64,000 bases of DNA from Camelus dromedarius (taxonomy: Eukaryota): the NCBI RefSeq assembly GCF_036321535.1, contig NC_087437.1:81470001-81534000 (forward strand), given 5' to 3'. The stretch's first letter is position 1; each line of letters starts with the position of its first letter. A program made the translations under genes and the position numbers. Shown piece after piece: positions 25,632 to 39,889 of the stretch. The notes beneath the pieces are model-generated. The model saw only the letters and a list, made by a program, of their open reading frames with translations. It was not told the origin of the DNA and searched no databases.

Positions 25632-26949
25632 GTTTGTAAGCTCCCCAGATGATTCTTGGTAGCTCGAGTTGAAAGCCCTCTCTTATGCCTGGTACCTAAG
25701 CTGAGTCGGCCTCACCCACTGCAACACTAATTGTTGTGACAGAACCAAGATTCAATGCCAAGCCTATGACCAAGGAAGACAAGAGAAAAAAAAAATGATA
25801 TTTTTTGAGCACCCACCACTCTATAAGCTATGTAGAATCCTCTCAATTCCATGAGGTAGTATTTTCCCCCCATTTTACATTTGACAGGTCAGAGACTTGA
25901 AAGGCTAGCTAACTTGTCCAAGTCAAATAATTGGTAAATGGTAATTGGTAAATGGCAAAACTGGGATCTTGTTCAAGTCTACCCATTTCTAAACCCCTAT
26001 CCTATAGCACATTATTTCTACCTTTCTCTATGCCTCCAAGGCCAACTGCAACAACTATAACAAGAATCATTAACATGTATTAAATGTTGGCCCTATAACA
26101 AACACTGTATTGATAGCTTTATATGTATTATCCAAGGAAAAATCAAGTAAAATTACTGTGACATAACAACAAAATAGTTTTCAATGGGCACACAGCATCA
26201 TCTGGGGATGTTAGAAATGCAGCTTCTCAGGCCTCACCCCTACCTACTAAGTCAGAATCTGCACTTAAATTATCCACATTTAATTATCTTCAACAATTAT
26301 TATTGTTATCTACATAACAATATCCTTAGATAACTCATCAGCACATTTAAGTTGAAGAAGGCTGCTTTAGATGGTTTTTGTTTTGCTGCTTATCTTTCCA
26401 AAGATTTGTTTTGGTAATGTGTAGGTCTGGTCTAAGGTTCTCCATTTACCAGACTTCACAAGGCACCAGTGAAAGATACACAAGGAGGCAGTGCCTCCAT
26501 TTTGTGGTTTAAGATGATGTCAGGTAGGGTAGGAGGCCGTGAAACACCCTCTCCCCAATAAAGCTCTTTTTCCTTGAGAGTTTCAGGGCACTGGTATTTA
26601 GATACACACCATTAGACTCCAAATACCCTTAGCAGAAGGTCACTCCTTAACCAGACAAATTACACTGAAGGTGGGATTAGCTAATAGCCCTAGGAAAGCC
26701 AGAATGGGATAAAGCAGTGTTTCTCAAACTTGAGTAATGTGCAGACATTTTAAAAGGAAAAACAAATTTTTTAGAGCTAGTTTGTTGACTTCAATTGTTT
26801 TGATTGTAAACATTCTTAAATAGTAAAAATATATATTTGGACTACTATAAAAATAAAACCAATTTACAAATTAAATATAAGCAAAAAACTACAAAACCAA
26901 CACAAATCAAATATAACAGACAATTATTCCTTTTAAAGTAACTCGCCTT

Positions 26950-28968
26950 GATTTTTTCCAGTCAAGATAGAGGAGTGGAAGGACCACAAGCTCGCCTCTC
27001 TTCGCGACTACAACAAAACCACAGCTGACTGCTAGACAACCAACAAATAAAGGGCTGGAACCTAGCAAAGAAGATTGTCTTCAAATGGAAACATAAAGAG
27101 GCAACTACAGCAGGATGGTAGGAGGAGCGTGCTTGTGATATAATTGGGTCCATACCCCCTGGGTGGGCGACCCACAAGTTGAAGAATAATTAAGTCGCAG
27201 AAGCCCTCCCACAGGAGTGAGAGCTCTAAGCCCCATGTCAGGCTCCCCTGCCTGGGGTTCTGGCATTGGGAGGAGGAGGACTCCCCAGGACATCTGGTTT
27301 TGAAGGCCACGGGGGCTTAGCTCCAGGAGCCCCACGGGACTGGGGGAAACAGAGACTTCATTCTCTTGGGAAGCATACATAGAATCTCAAGTGCACCAGG
27401 TCCAAAGGCAGAGGCAGTGATTTCATACGAACCTGGGCCAGGCCTGCCTGCTGGATTTGGAGGGTCTCCTGGGGACACAGGGATGGCTGCGGCTCACCCA
27501 GGTGACATAAAAGTTGGTGGCAGACATTCCCGACGTGTTCATCTACATGAGCTTTCCTGGAGGTTGACATCTTGATTGGATCATTAGCACCAAGACCTAG
27601 CCTCACCCAACAGCCTATAGAGAAGCTTCAGACCAAACAACATACAGGGTGGGAACACAATCCCACCCATCAGCAGACTCCTAAGCCACAAAGGCCTCTA
27701 GACATGGCCCTACCCACCAGAGGTTCAGGACCAAGCTTCACCCAGCAGCAGGCAAGCACCGGCTCCTTCCGCTAGGAACCCTGCATAAGCCTCTAGTCCA
27801 GCCTCATCCACCAGGGGCAGGTACTAGAAATAAGAAAACAACAATCCCAAAGCCTGTGGAAGGAATCCCTAAACACAGGCCAGACTCTACACTGGGACCA
27901 GCTGGACCCTAGCCCTTGGGTGACAAGAGAGGAGTGTACTGCTGGGACACACAGGATGTCTCCCACAAAGGGCCACCTCTCCAAGGTCGAGACACGTAAC
28001 TAAGCTACCTAAAAATACAAAGAGAAAGGTAAACAATATGAGTGGCAGAGGAGTATCTCCAGGCCAAGGCAAAAGATAAAATCCCAGACAAAGAAATAAG
28101 TGATGAGGAGATAAGTAATTTATCTGAAAAAGAGTTTAAAGTAATGATGGCCAAGATGTTCAGACAAATCAAGAGGCGTATAGATGCACAGAGTGAAGTT
28201 TTTAGCAAAGAGTTGGGAAATATAAAAAATATCCAAATTGAGTTAAAGAATAAAATCACTGAAATAAATAACATACTAAAAGGAACCAAGAATAGACTAA
28301 ATGAGGCAGAAGAACAGATCAATGAGCTAGAAGACAGATTAGTGGAAATCACTACCACAGAACAGAAAAAAAAAAAAAAAGAATGAAAAGAAATGAGAAT
28401 AGAGAACCTGGGACAACATGAAAAGCACTAATATTCACATTATAAGGGTTCCAGAAAGAGAAGAGAGAAAGAATCTGAGAAACTTTTTAGAGATAATAAC
28501 CACAAACTTCCCCAACTTGGGAAAGGAAACAGTGACTCAAGTCCCGGAAGCACAGAGAGTTCCACACAGAATCAGCCCAAAGAGGAACATATCAAGGCAC
28601 ATAGTCATCAAATTGACAAAAATTAAGGACAAGGAGAAAATATTAAAATTAGCAAGAGAAAAGCAACAAAAAACATACAAGGGAACTCCCATTTTTCAGC
28701 TGATAACCTTATGGCCAGAAGAGAGTGGCAAGATATATTTAAAGTGATGAAAGGGAAAAACCTACAACCAAGGATACTCTATCCAGCAAGGCTCTCATTC
28801 AGATTTGATGGAAAAATCAAAAGCTTCACAGATAAACAAAAGCTAAAAGAATTCAGCACCACCTAACCAGCTTTAAAACAAATGTTTAAGGAATTTCTCT
28901 AGTCATCAAACTGTAAGGAAAGAGAACAAAAAGAAGAAAGAGGAGAAAAAAAAAAAAGACCTAGAAAA
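26950..28968 (+). mobile_element. L1 5' UTR plus frameshifted ORF1, ending in the inter-ORF spacer
   Basis: ORF1p-like translations at 28042-28386 (coiled coil) and 28418-28747 ('NIHIIRVPE', 'EAQRVPHRISPKRNISRHIVIKL'); L1 5' UTR start 'caagatagaggagtggaaggac'. Confidence 0.9.
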
Positions 28969-29500
28969 GATTGCTTTGGCAGTTAAGGGTCTTTTATGGT
29001 TCCATATAAATTTTGGAATTGTTTGTTCCAGTTCTGTGAAAAACATTGTGAGTACTTTGACAGGGGTTGCACTGGATCTGTAGATTGCTTTGGGTAGTAC
29101 AGCCATTTTGATCATGTTGATTCTTCCAATCCAAAAGTACAGCATACCTTTCCATTTCTTTGTATCATCTTCAATTTCCTTCATCAATGTTTTAGTTTTC
29201 AGAATATAGGTAACCTCCTTGGTTAAGTTTATCTCTAGGTATTTTGTTCTTCTTGATGCCGTGGAAATGTTTATGCCAGTTATAAAATTCCAGTTTTTGA
29301 AGTGGAAAAAGTGAATGAAAGGCTGCAAATAGCAAAATATCCTTCTTTCTTATGAGTGAGTTGTATGCCATTACATGTATATGCTGCATCTTCTTTATCC
29401 ATTCATCTATTGATGTGCACTTAGGATGCTTCCATATCTTGGCAATTATAAATAATGTTGCTGTTAATAGCAAGGTGTATGTATCTTTTTGAATTAATTC
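28969..29500 (-). mobile_element. Two non-contiguous L1 ORF2 fragments, opposite in orientation to the adjacent ORF1 segment
   Basis: Minus-strand '[12 protein letters not shown]...[19 protein letters not shown]...[10 protein letters not shown]' and 'TLFIIAKIWKHPKCTSIDEWIKKM'. Confidence 0.85.
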
Positions 29501-31261
29501 TTATTTTGCAATTGGCTTTATTCCTTTGATAATTATGAAGTTTAAAAAGCTAAAGTTCTAAACATTCTTAGAAATAATTAACAGTACATACATATAAATT
29601 TCAAAAATATGTGCAGTATATTGTGTATATGGATTTACCTGAAATATATTGTATATGTGTAGTCAAACTGTAACAATTCTACCTAGTAAAACTGAAAAAT
29701 GAGAAAAAAAGAAAGTTGAGAAGGATTAAAAAGAAATAGAGGAGCCACATCAAAAGAAATGAGAGACCCATTTTTTTTGTTGTGCTTTGTTTTGGTTTGG
29801 TCTGGTTTGGTCACAGGATCTTGGTGACAGTACAGCATATGGGAAATCAAGGCTATCCTGAGAAATCCGAGGTTCACAGGAAGAAGCTAAAGCCGAAAGG
29901 GCCTGGCCTTGGAGGTGACTCTTCCCTCGATCTTGAACTTCTTTGACTACACCCTCTCTGGCTTCACTGCACCTGCACATGCCTTTACCATAGCACTTTT
30001 CTTGTACATTTACTCCCAATCTCTTCTCACCACCCAGGACTTCCTTACTCATCCAAGCACAAAGCTTGCATTAAAAAATGTTTGATAAATGAATTAAAGT
30101 GATACCTACTCTTAAGCCAACTCACATGCTACTACTGTCTTCTGGCCTTATTTTCTTCTGTGAATTGTTAGAACCTACCACTAACTGCTTCATTTTTTAA
30201 GTTTCTTTATATCATCTGATCCCAAATATTCACCCCCAACAACCAAATATGTGAGGTCCCACTTTGAGGGTGAGGTAAAGGGCATTCACCCTCACAGAAC
30301 ACTGTAAAACGAACCTTCCAAGTTCCATTTCTGGGTAGGAAATGCAATCCCATCCAACAAGTAGCCTGATGTGCAGTGCCTTCTCTCCAACCTCCTAGAA
30401 AGCAAAATCTCTCTGATCTTTAGAATCTGTTGTGAAAAATCATCCTTTTACACAGGTCTACCCTTACATGACAGAATGTCAATGCAAACATTCATTCAAA
30501 TGAGCTGTTTCTTTGGCTTCGTCATAGTATTTTGCATGCTCTTTGCAATAAATCCATTGATTTTACAAGTGGAGTGAAGAAAAATCCTCAGGTGCCCCAT
30601 TTAAGAGATAAATTAATGAAAAAAATTAGTCCAATGCTAGCTTTTCTTTTGCATCTACCTTGTAGGGAGAAAGAGAAATTGTGTAAGGAGGAAAATGAGA
30701 CAGAGGTAGGCATCTAAACTCCAGCCTCCCTTAAATTCAAATTCAGACAAGAAAAAGGGGAGAGTTTTCAGGCTCACTAGGCTCCATGGGAAATGCTCTG
30801 ACTCCTGTACAAGAAAATGAGAGGTCTGATTGAATTGAGGTCTCCTTCCCTCCTGCCTCCTCCCTGTTCCTGATTTGGCCCTCAAATCCATTACTTTAGC
30901 CAAAACAACACAACACAAAACAAAACAAAACACCTCCACCTTTGCTTCTGCCCTTACCTCACAGATGATCAGATACACAAGTTCATGAAAAACCTCAAGG
31001 TAAATGAAAATGAATGAAGGGAATAAACAAGAATGAGCGATTGCTACCTGGGCTGCCAGGGTCTGAGTTTGATGAGTCTGCGAAGAAGAGCAAGGTGCCC
31101 TGAGGAAACCATATGTAGGTCTGCCTTTGACAGAAAGCTGAAAGGTTCCCAGAAAATCTGTCAGTCGCCAGTGCTGACAGCTGTGCAAGAAGGTCACCCA
31201 GGATTTCAGTCCCTGCCCTTCAGCACTTGGTACCACTTTGTGGCGGGACCAGGGTAGGAAG

Positions 31262-31401
31262 ACTTGCCACTTTAAGCAACAACAACAACAAAGTACAGCC
31301 TACCAGTGAAATTTGAATTCCAGATGAACAAGTTCTCAGCATAAGTATGCATCATTTGAAATTCAAATTTCACTGGCTATCGTGTGTTTTCTCTGGCAAC
31401 C
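31262..31401. mobile_element. MER53-like palindromic hAT MITE, internally deleted
   Basis: Perfect 17-bp inverted repeat ccagtgaaatttgaatt (31303-31319) / aattcaaatttcactgg (31360-31376); termini 'ttgcca...tggcaacc'; 'ataagtatg' core. Confidence 0.75.
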
Positions 31402-32522
31402 ATGAAGGCGCGTCCATGGGGTAAAGAACATTGCAGCAGCTCAGTGTGGAGATTTATCAAGCAATACCCATGAAGCTAGTGAAGAAATTGACACTGAAGT
31501 GCCCCATGAAAATAGGAGGAAAAAAACCCAAGTTTATTTCTGTCTTCCTAAGAATGCCATCCATTAGCCAAGAGTTACATGTTTCTCTGAGTAAGAGGTC
31601 TCAGGATGACTGGGTTGCAACTTCTGAATATTTCCAAATCTCTACTGAAACATCTTATGCTTTTCTGAATTACACCCTGGCTATTTCTTAATCCAAAGTG
31701 CCCTGGGCCTCATTCGTACAGTGAGAAATTTGATCTAAAATGTTGATAGTCTCATCAAGTAAGCTGAGGATTCCTGGGCCAAGCTTCCATTGTAAGAGGC
31801 CACCCAAATCGGTGGCTATGTCTTTTTTTTTGCAATCAGCAGATACTAAAAGAATAGCCCCCATCAAATTGTGGGATGCAGTGGGGAGGGATCCTAGAAA
31901 TCCTCTGATGTCCAAAATGGGTCAACCTCACATTTAATAAGGTTGGAACCATTGGCCGAGTATGATCCCAGTGCTCCTTCCAACCTTTTCACGATTCCCA
32001 GGATTCCAACATCAGGGCCACTGAATCACTGGTTCTTCACAAAACTTGTTCTGAGTAAGTGGAATCAGAGAGGAAAGTCTTGGGGCTCACAGTGAGGGCT
32101 GTCTTAAAGGTGGTCAAGTGTGACAGGCACTACATTAAGCTTGTTGCTCTTTTTGATGGATTTAACAAACACAGACTGAGGACCTAATATACAAGATATC
32201 TTCTGAATTTCTGTTCATGTTTTGTGTCTTTTCCTGTGGTCAGATTCTACAGTAATTTAGACGGGGTAATTTATAGGCATTTTGATTGCCGTAAAGGAGT
32301 TGTTGAAAACTCACTTTTTTAATTAGATTTCATTTATTCTCACTTTACAAATATCTGTGGTGCACTACTTCTGGCTAGATATTATATTCTTCCCTTGTAA
32401 TCTGCTACATACTACCTGTATCTACATTTACAGCTACACACATACATTTTCCAAAGAGAGAAAACAAAAGAAAAACGAAGTCTCTTGTTCAGTGATACCG
32501 CACATAGACAGTGCTCCAAAAA

Positions 32523-32524
<2 letters not shown>

Positions 32525-32590
<66 letters not shown>
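32525..32590. repeat. (TA)n microsatellite
   Basis: Directly visible. Confidence 0.97.
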
Positions 32591-34133
32591 TTTTCAAATA
32601 AGTGTTTTGGATTTACTTGGACACACCAGAGGAACCTCAGGGGTCCTACACTGGATGGTCTCTTGAGGTTCCATCCAGCTCCCTGACACCACCATTCAGT
32701 GTCCCCAGTCAGTGTTTCCAGCCAGCATCACAGCTGCACAGAATTCAGACCACAGCCCATCACCCGGTATAAAGAGGCTGCTAACTAGCACTAGGGATAC
32801 AGAAAGGAAGGCGACATCACGGTTAGTCAGCACATATATGACTTACTGTTCATTTAAGCAATGTGCATGGATGAAGGATGTTCTATGGACTAGGCACCTG
32901 TGAAATGTTTTTACAAACAGTGTCTGATCTTACCCATGGATCCCCAAGGAGTATAAATTATTGTTAGTCTCCTGGTATTAACAGGAAGAAACCAAAGCTT
33001 AGAAAAGAAAAATAGCTTTTTGACAGGGTTCTCACAGCTAGTTAAGTGGCAGAGGTGGGATGTGAACCTGGTCTGGCTGACTCTGGAACCCATGCTCTCA
33101 CTAGTATGCTCCTGCCCTTCCCTGGGAGACAGTGCAACACAGCAGGTGAAGGACAAACAGAACTCCAGAGGGCGAGGCAGGGCAGGATGACAGGAAGATG
33201 TCTAGAGGTGAGGCTTCAAAACTTACTTGACACCATCTGAAGACACTGCCATTCCTGCTGGCCGCCCAATTCTCAGGGGAACTGTCATTATCCATGAAAG
33301 GAAAGAGAGAGAGAGTGTGTGCCCAACTCCTGGCACACTGCTCCTCTGCCAGTATCAGGAAGCCAGTAAAAGCTCTGAAGCAAGGCAGTTACATATCTAA
33401 ATGGTATTTCAGTAGGATTAATTTGATGGCCATGCCCAGAAGATATTAAAGGGAGCAAGAGGCTGGAGGCAAGGAAACTGGTTAAGAGACTGTTGCAGAC
33501 ACTAGTTTCTGAGATGGTGAGTCTGAGTCAAAACAGGGCAGTGGGAACAGGGAAAAAGAGGCTAATGTGAGTGTTCCTCACCATGAAGGAAGAGCCCGTG
33601 ACCTTGGGGACCTGCACAGCCAAGGCTGTGGTCCGTGGTGGACTGAGGCTGCGAGAGGAGAGGAGGAAAAACGCTCCCAGAGCTAGCAGTTGTCCCAACC
33701 CTGCACACTGAGGTACCTGCCTCTTCTGTCTTCTCCCCAGACCACAAGCTCCCAGCAGTCACGGAGCCTCCCTGGGGCTTTGGTAGACTCAATAAATATT
33801 GACTAGCAGTCTGCTTCGTCTGGCTGGAATGTTCTGTTCCCACCTTTGCCTGGAAATTCCATGTAGCAAGGCCTCCCTGGAGGCCCAGCATGAAGACCTC
33901 TCCCTCAGAGAGGCCCCCGTGACCAGTCAAGCTAAATTAGGTTTTTCTCCCCATAGAAATTTTTTTCACCGTATTTATTACAATTTGGCATTTTATATTT
34001 GTTGTTTTTTCATTTATTTTTGATTTCCTCTTGTTGTTTTTGTTGTGGTGGTGGTTTTCTACCTTTCCCCACTGGACTGTAAGTTCTGCAACATCAGTTT
34101 TTCTTTTCACCATTGGGTCCCCAACAGTCAACA

Positions 34134-34722
34134 CAGTGTTGTCCCATAGAAATAAAATGTAGGTAATTTTAAATTTCCACGTAGGTAATTTTAAATTTCC
34201 AGTGGTCACATTTTTAAAAGTAAGAAGAAACTGGTGAAGTTAATTTTAAGAACTTTTGGGGGAGGGATTAGTTTATTTATTTATTCATTCATTTATAGAA
34301 GTAGATAGATATAGATTTTTTTTAACAGAGGTGCTGGGGATTGAACCCAGAACCTTGTGCATTCTAAGCATGCACTCTGCTGCTGAGCTTTACCCTCCTC
34401 AGTTAAGAATTTTTTTGTGGCAAATGACAATTATTAAATCTGGGTGGTAGACACATGCTACATGGGTGCTTGTTATATACTTCCTCTGAACTTTTCTGTG
34501 TGTGATAAACATTCTGTTTAATCAAATATATCCAAAATATTATAACTTAAACATGTGACCTATAGGAAAAATTACTAATGTGATAGCTCACTTTTTTTTT
34601 TTTCTGTACTAAGTCTTTAACTTCTGTAAATCACACTCACAGTACATCTCAACAGGGACTAGCCACATGTCAAGTGCGCCATGACCGCATGTGACTAGTG
34701 GCTACCATAGTGGACAATATAG
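34134..34722. mobile_element. MER33-like hAT-Charlie element interrupted by a SINE
   Basis: Termini 'cagtgttgtcccatagaa' and 'gtggctaccatagtggaca'; internal 22-bp tandem 'gtaggtaattttaaatttcca' x2. Confidence 0.7.
34255..34400 (-). mobile_element. Camelid tRNA-derived SINE
   Basis: 'gctggggattgaacccagaaccttgtgcattctaagcatgcactctg...tgagct'; flanked by 'ttaagaa' on both sides. Confidence 0.85.
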
Positions 34723-35504
34723 ATCCTTGCAGGCCTGACATGTATTACTTACTTAATAAAAAAGTCAATTCATGGAAAAGAGAGGGTAGGAAGGGCAGAA
34801 AGATGGGGGAAAGGGAAAGAGAAAAAGAAAGGAAAGAGAAACTAAACTTGTCAGATATTTACTATGTTAAGTTTTTTCACACATCAAAAATCATGTGATT
34901 TAATTCTCACATCAACCCTGGTGAAGTAGGCATTGTGAGAACCATCTTCATAAATGAGGACACTGGTTTGGAGATGGCATGTAACTTTCCCAAGATCACG
35001 TTCTCTTTTGAGTGAAAGAAGGAAGATTCAGAACACAGCATCCCTGACCCAGCTGTGCTGTCTCACTACCAGAAACCCTACCAAACAAGTCTAGTCGAGC
35101 CACACTGCCATCTAAATCTCTCTATCCTCCAGGTGAGACATCCCAGGGCTCATATAAAGTATTATTTTGAATCTCACAGACATTCTTTTTTCAAAAGCAT
35201 AGTCTGACCATTGCAGGCTAGCATGGGAGTGTCCCCTTCCTCCTCCAGACATATTTTAATGGATCCTTATTTCATTTGCTGCTGTCCACTAGGACTCTGC
35301 TACAACCGAACAAAATGGTGGCTTATAGTTCCCAAAATATGCCAAACTTTCTAACATGCCTCCTCAGCTCTGTACACACCCAACCTCAGCCAGAGACATA
35401 GAGATCACTTGTATTCCATCTGTCTAACATTGCCAGTGTGGAGCTGAGCACATGCCAGAGAAATTTAAGCTTTTCTAAATCCCAAATTAAATGACACCCA
35501 GTGT

Positions 35505-35860
35505 CACTTGTATGTAGAATCCAAAAACAAAAACAGTTTATTTACAAACCAGAAATAGTAGACCCCCAGATAAAGAAAACAAATCGTGGTTACCAAAGGG
35601 GAAGGTGGTGGAGGAGGAGGGATAGATTAGGAGTTTGGGATTAATAGATACACATTACTGTATATAAAATAAATAAACAGCAAGGGCCTACTGTATAGCA
35701 CAGGCAACTATATTGGGTTTCTTGTAATAACCTATAACAGAAAAAAATCTGAAAAAATATATATAGATTTATATGTATAACTGAATTACTTTGCTGTACA
35801 CCTGAAACTAACATTGTAAATCAACTACACTTCAACACAAAATAAGGGGGGGGAAAAAAA
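35505..35860 (+). mobile_element. L1 3' UTR (cetartiodactyl type)
   Basis: 'ggttaccaaaggggaagg...ctactgtatagcacagg...tgctgtacacctgaaactaac...gtaaatcaactac'. Confidence 0.85.
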
Positions 35861-37518
35861 GACATCAGGCCTTCACAGAGCTCCACTCTCTAAACTTTAT
35901 CCCCAGCTTCTAAAGGGGTTCTTCAACATTGGGAAATGACTGGAAAGCAAATATCTTCCTTCCTGAAGGCTAATAAAATGTTCACCCACTCATCCCCCAT
36001 GGGCCAAAGAAGAATTAGGAAGTCTCCTTGACGTGAATCCCACCCTGATACTGCAAAGGTTACCTCCAGATCCCAGCCCGGCAGTGCAACCATGAGGAAC
36101 TCAACTTTTTACTTCCCCTTATCCCTCCTCCTCCTAGATCAAGAGAGAAAAAGTGAGAGATTTTTCTTAGTGATGAGATACTCTGCTCCCACTCTCTAAG
36201 AAACAGGAAATGATGAAGGCAGAGGTTGCTGTTACCTAAAAGGAAGAAAGCCAGGTTGGCAGACTGTGTCTGCTTGCTTCTCCAAGAGATGCAGGAAAAA
36301 GACTAGAACCAGAGGCCCCACAACAGCTCACATCAGACTGCAGAGAGTTGAAAGTTCCTTTGCTGTGTGTGTGTCTTGGGGGCAGGGTGAGAGAGGAATA
36401 CAGGTGGCTATGTAAAAAGGCATTGCAGGTAAAACTACAAAAGATAGAAAAGGACAAAAAGACAAAAATAGGAATAGTGAACAAGGGCAATGAATAAAAA
36501 ACAGTAACAAGTATGGTAGATATTAATCCAACTATATAAACAATCACTTTAAACACCAATGGTCAAAATGCATCAATTAAAGGACAATGATTGTCAAAGT
36601 GGATCAAAATTTTTAAAATACCCAACTATATGTTGTTTACAAGAAACTCACTTTAAATATAAAGATACATATAGATTAAAAGCAAAGAGATGGAGAAAGT
36701 TTTATTATGTTAACACTAATCAAAAGAGAGCAGGAGTAGCCATATGAATTTTGGATGAGCAGTCTTTAGGGCAAGGAAAATTATCAGGAATAAGAAGGAG
36801 CACTACATAATGATAAAAGTCAGTTCTCTAAGGAGACATAAAAATGTTTAATGTGTATGCACCTAACAACAGAACATCAAAATACATGAGGCAAAAACTG
36901 ATAGAACTGCAAAAAGAAATAGATAAATCCATTGTTTTAATTGGAGACTTTAACATCCCTACCAGAAACAGCCAGATCCAGCAGGCAGAAAATAAATAAG
37001 GACATAGTTGAATGCAACAGCACCATCAATCAACTGGATATAATTGACATCAATAAACTACTTCATCCAAAAACAGCAGAATACCCATTCTGCTCAAGCT
37101 CAAATGGAACAGTCAAGACAGATCACATTCTGGGCCATAAAACAAACCTCAGTGAAGTTAAAAGAATTGAAATCATGCAACATATCCTCTCAGACCACAA
37201 TAAAATTTAACTAGAAATCAGTAAGAGAAAGATAGCTGAAAATTCCCAAATACATGGAGATTAAACTACATTCTTCTAAATAACACATGGGACAAAGGAA
37301 AAGTCTCAAGAGTTTTTTTTTTTTAATATTTTGAGTTAAATGAAAATGAAAACACAATTTATCAAAATGTGTGAGATGCAGCAAAAGTAGTGTTAAGTGG
37401 AAAACTTATAACATTGAACACATATATTTAAAAAGAATAAAGATCTAAAATGAATAATCTAAGCTTCCACCTAAGAAACTAGAAAAAGAAGAGCAAATTA
37501 AATCTAAAGTAAACAGAA

Positions 37519-39889
37519 GAGGACAAAAACCACATGATCATCTCAATCGATGCAGAAAAAGCATTTGATAAAATTCAACACCCATTTATGATAAAAACTC
37601 TCACTAAAGTGGGTATAGAGGGAACATATCTCAACATAATAAAAGCTATATATGACAAACCTACAGCCAGCATAGTACTCAACGGTGGAAAACTCAAAAG
37701 CTTCCCACTAAAATCTGGGACAAGACAAGGATGCCCACTATCACCACTCCTATTCAACATAGTCCTGGAAGTCCTAGCCACAGCAGTCAGGCAAGAGAAA
37801 GAAATAAAAGGGATCCAAATTGGAAAGGAAGAGGTAAAAGTGTCATTATATGCTGATGACATGTTACTATATATAGAAAACCCTAAAAGGTCCACACAAA
37901 AGCTACTAGAGCTGATTGAAGAATTCAGCAAGGTAGCAGGTTACAAAATTAACGTTCAAAAATCAGTTGCATTTCTTTACACTAACGATAAATCAACAGA
38001 AGAAGAAAGTAAAGAAACAATCCCCTTTAAAATAGCACCCAAAGTAATAAAATATCTGGGAATAAATCTAACCAAGGAGGTGAAAGAATTATACACAGAA
38101 AACTATAAACCATTGATGAAGGAAATTAAAGAAGACTTTAAAAAATGGAAAGATATTCCATGCTCTTGGATTGGAAGAATCAATATTGTTAAAATGGTCA
38201 CACTGCCCAAGGCAATCTACAGATTTAATGCAATCCCTATCCAATTACCCAGGACATATTTCACAGAACTAGAAAAAATCATAATAAAATTCATATGGAA
38301 CCATCAAAGACCTAGAATTGCCAAAGCATTACTGAAGAGAAAGAAAGAGGCTGGAGGAATAACTCTCCCAGACTTCAGACAATACTATAGAGCTACAGTC
38401 ATCAAGACAGCATGGTATTGGTACCAAAACAGACATATAGACCAAAGGAACAGAATAGAGAGCCCAGAAATGAACCCACAAACTTTTGGTCAACTCATCT
38501 TCGACAAAAGAGGCAAGAATATACAATGGAATAAAGACAGTCTCTTCAGCAAGTGGTGTTGGGAAAACTGGACAGCAGCATGTAAAACAATGAAGCTAGA
38601 ACACTCCCTTACACCATATACAAAAATCAACTCAAAATGGATTAAAGACTTAAACATAAGACAAGATACAATAAACCTCCTAGAGGAAAACATAGGCAAA
38701 ACATTATCTGACATACATTTAAAAAATTTTCTCCTAGAAGAAATAAAAGCAAGAATAAACAAATGGGACCTAATGAAACTTACAAGCTTCTGCACAGCAA
38801 AGGAAACCAGAAGTAAAACAAGAAGAAAACCTACGGAATGGGAGAAAATTTTTGCAAGTGAAACCGACAAAGGCTTGATCTCCAGAATATATAAGCAGCT
38901 CATACGACTCAATAAGAAAAAAATAAACAACCCAATCCAAAAATGGGCAGAAGACCTAAACAAGCAATTCTCCAAGGAAGACATACAAATGATCAAAAAG
39001 CACATGAAAAAATGCTCAATATCACTAATTATCAGAGAAATGCAAATCAAAACTACAATGAGTTATCGCCTCACACCAGTCAGAATGGCCATCATTCAAA
39101 AATCCACAAATGACAAATGCTGGAGAGGCTGTGGGGAAAGGGGAACCCTCCTACACTGCTGGTGGGAATGCAGTTTGGTGCAGCCACTATGGAAAACAGT
39201 GTGGAGATTCCTCAAAAGACTAGGAATAGACTTACCATATGACCCAGGAATCCCACTCCTGGGCTTGTATCCAGAAGGAAATCTACTTCAGGATGACACC
39301 TGCACCCCAATGTTCATAGCAGCACTATTTACAATAGCCAAAACATGGAAACAGCCTAAATGTCCATCAACAGGTGACTGGATAAAGAAGAAGTGGTATA
39401 TTTATACAATGGAATACTACTCAGCCATAAAAACCGACAACATAATGCCATTTGCAGCAACATGGATGCTCCTGGAGAATGTCATTCTAAGTGAAGTAAG
39501 CCAGAAAGAGAAAGAAAAATACCATATGAGATCGCTCATATGTGGAATCTAAAAAACAAAAACAAAAACAAACAAACAAACAAAAACAAAGCGTAAATAA
39601 AGGACAGAAATAGACTCACAGACAGAATACAGACTTGTGGTTACCAGGGGGATGGAGGGTGGGAAGGGATAGACTGGGATTTCAAAATTGTAGAATAGAT
39701 AAACAAGATTACACTGTATAGCACAGGGAAATATACACAAAATGTTATGATAACTCACAGAGAAAAAAACGTGCCAATGAGTGTGTATATGTCCATGAAT
39801 GACTGAAAAATTGTGCTGAACACTGGAATTTGATACAACATTGTAAAATGATTATAAATCAATAAAAAATGTTTTAAAAAAACAAAAAA
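37519..39889 (+). mobile_element. Young 5'-truncated camelid L1 with an uninterrupted ORF2 C-terminal part (37534-39552, 672 aa: RT core to C-terminal Cys-rich domain)
   Basis: '[13 protein letters not shown]' and 'YADD' motifs, no stops; 3' UTR, AATAAA and A-tail; perfect 13-bp TSD aaagtaaacagaa at 37506-37518 and 39890-39902. Confidence 0.96.

Noticed and set aside
37534..39552. Host gene or autonomous reverse-transcriptase system
   Set aside because: Standard L1 ORF2 fragment lacking promoter, ORF1 and endonuclease, bounded by a TSD.
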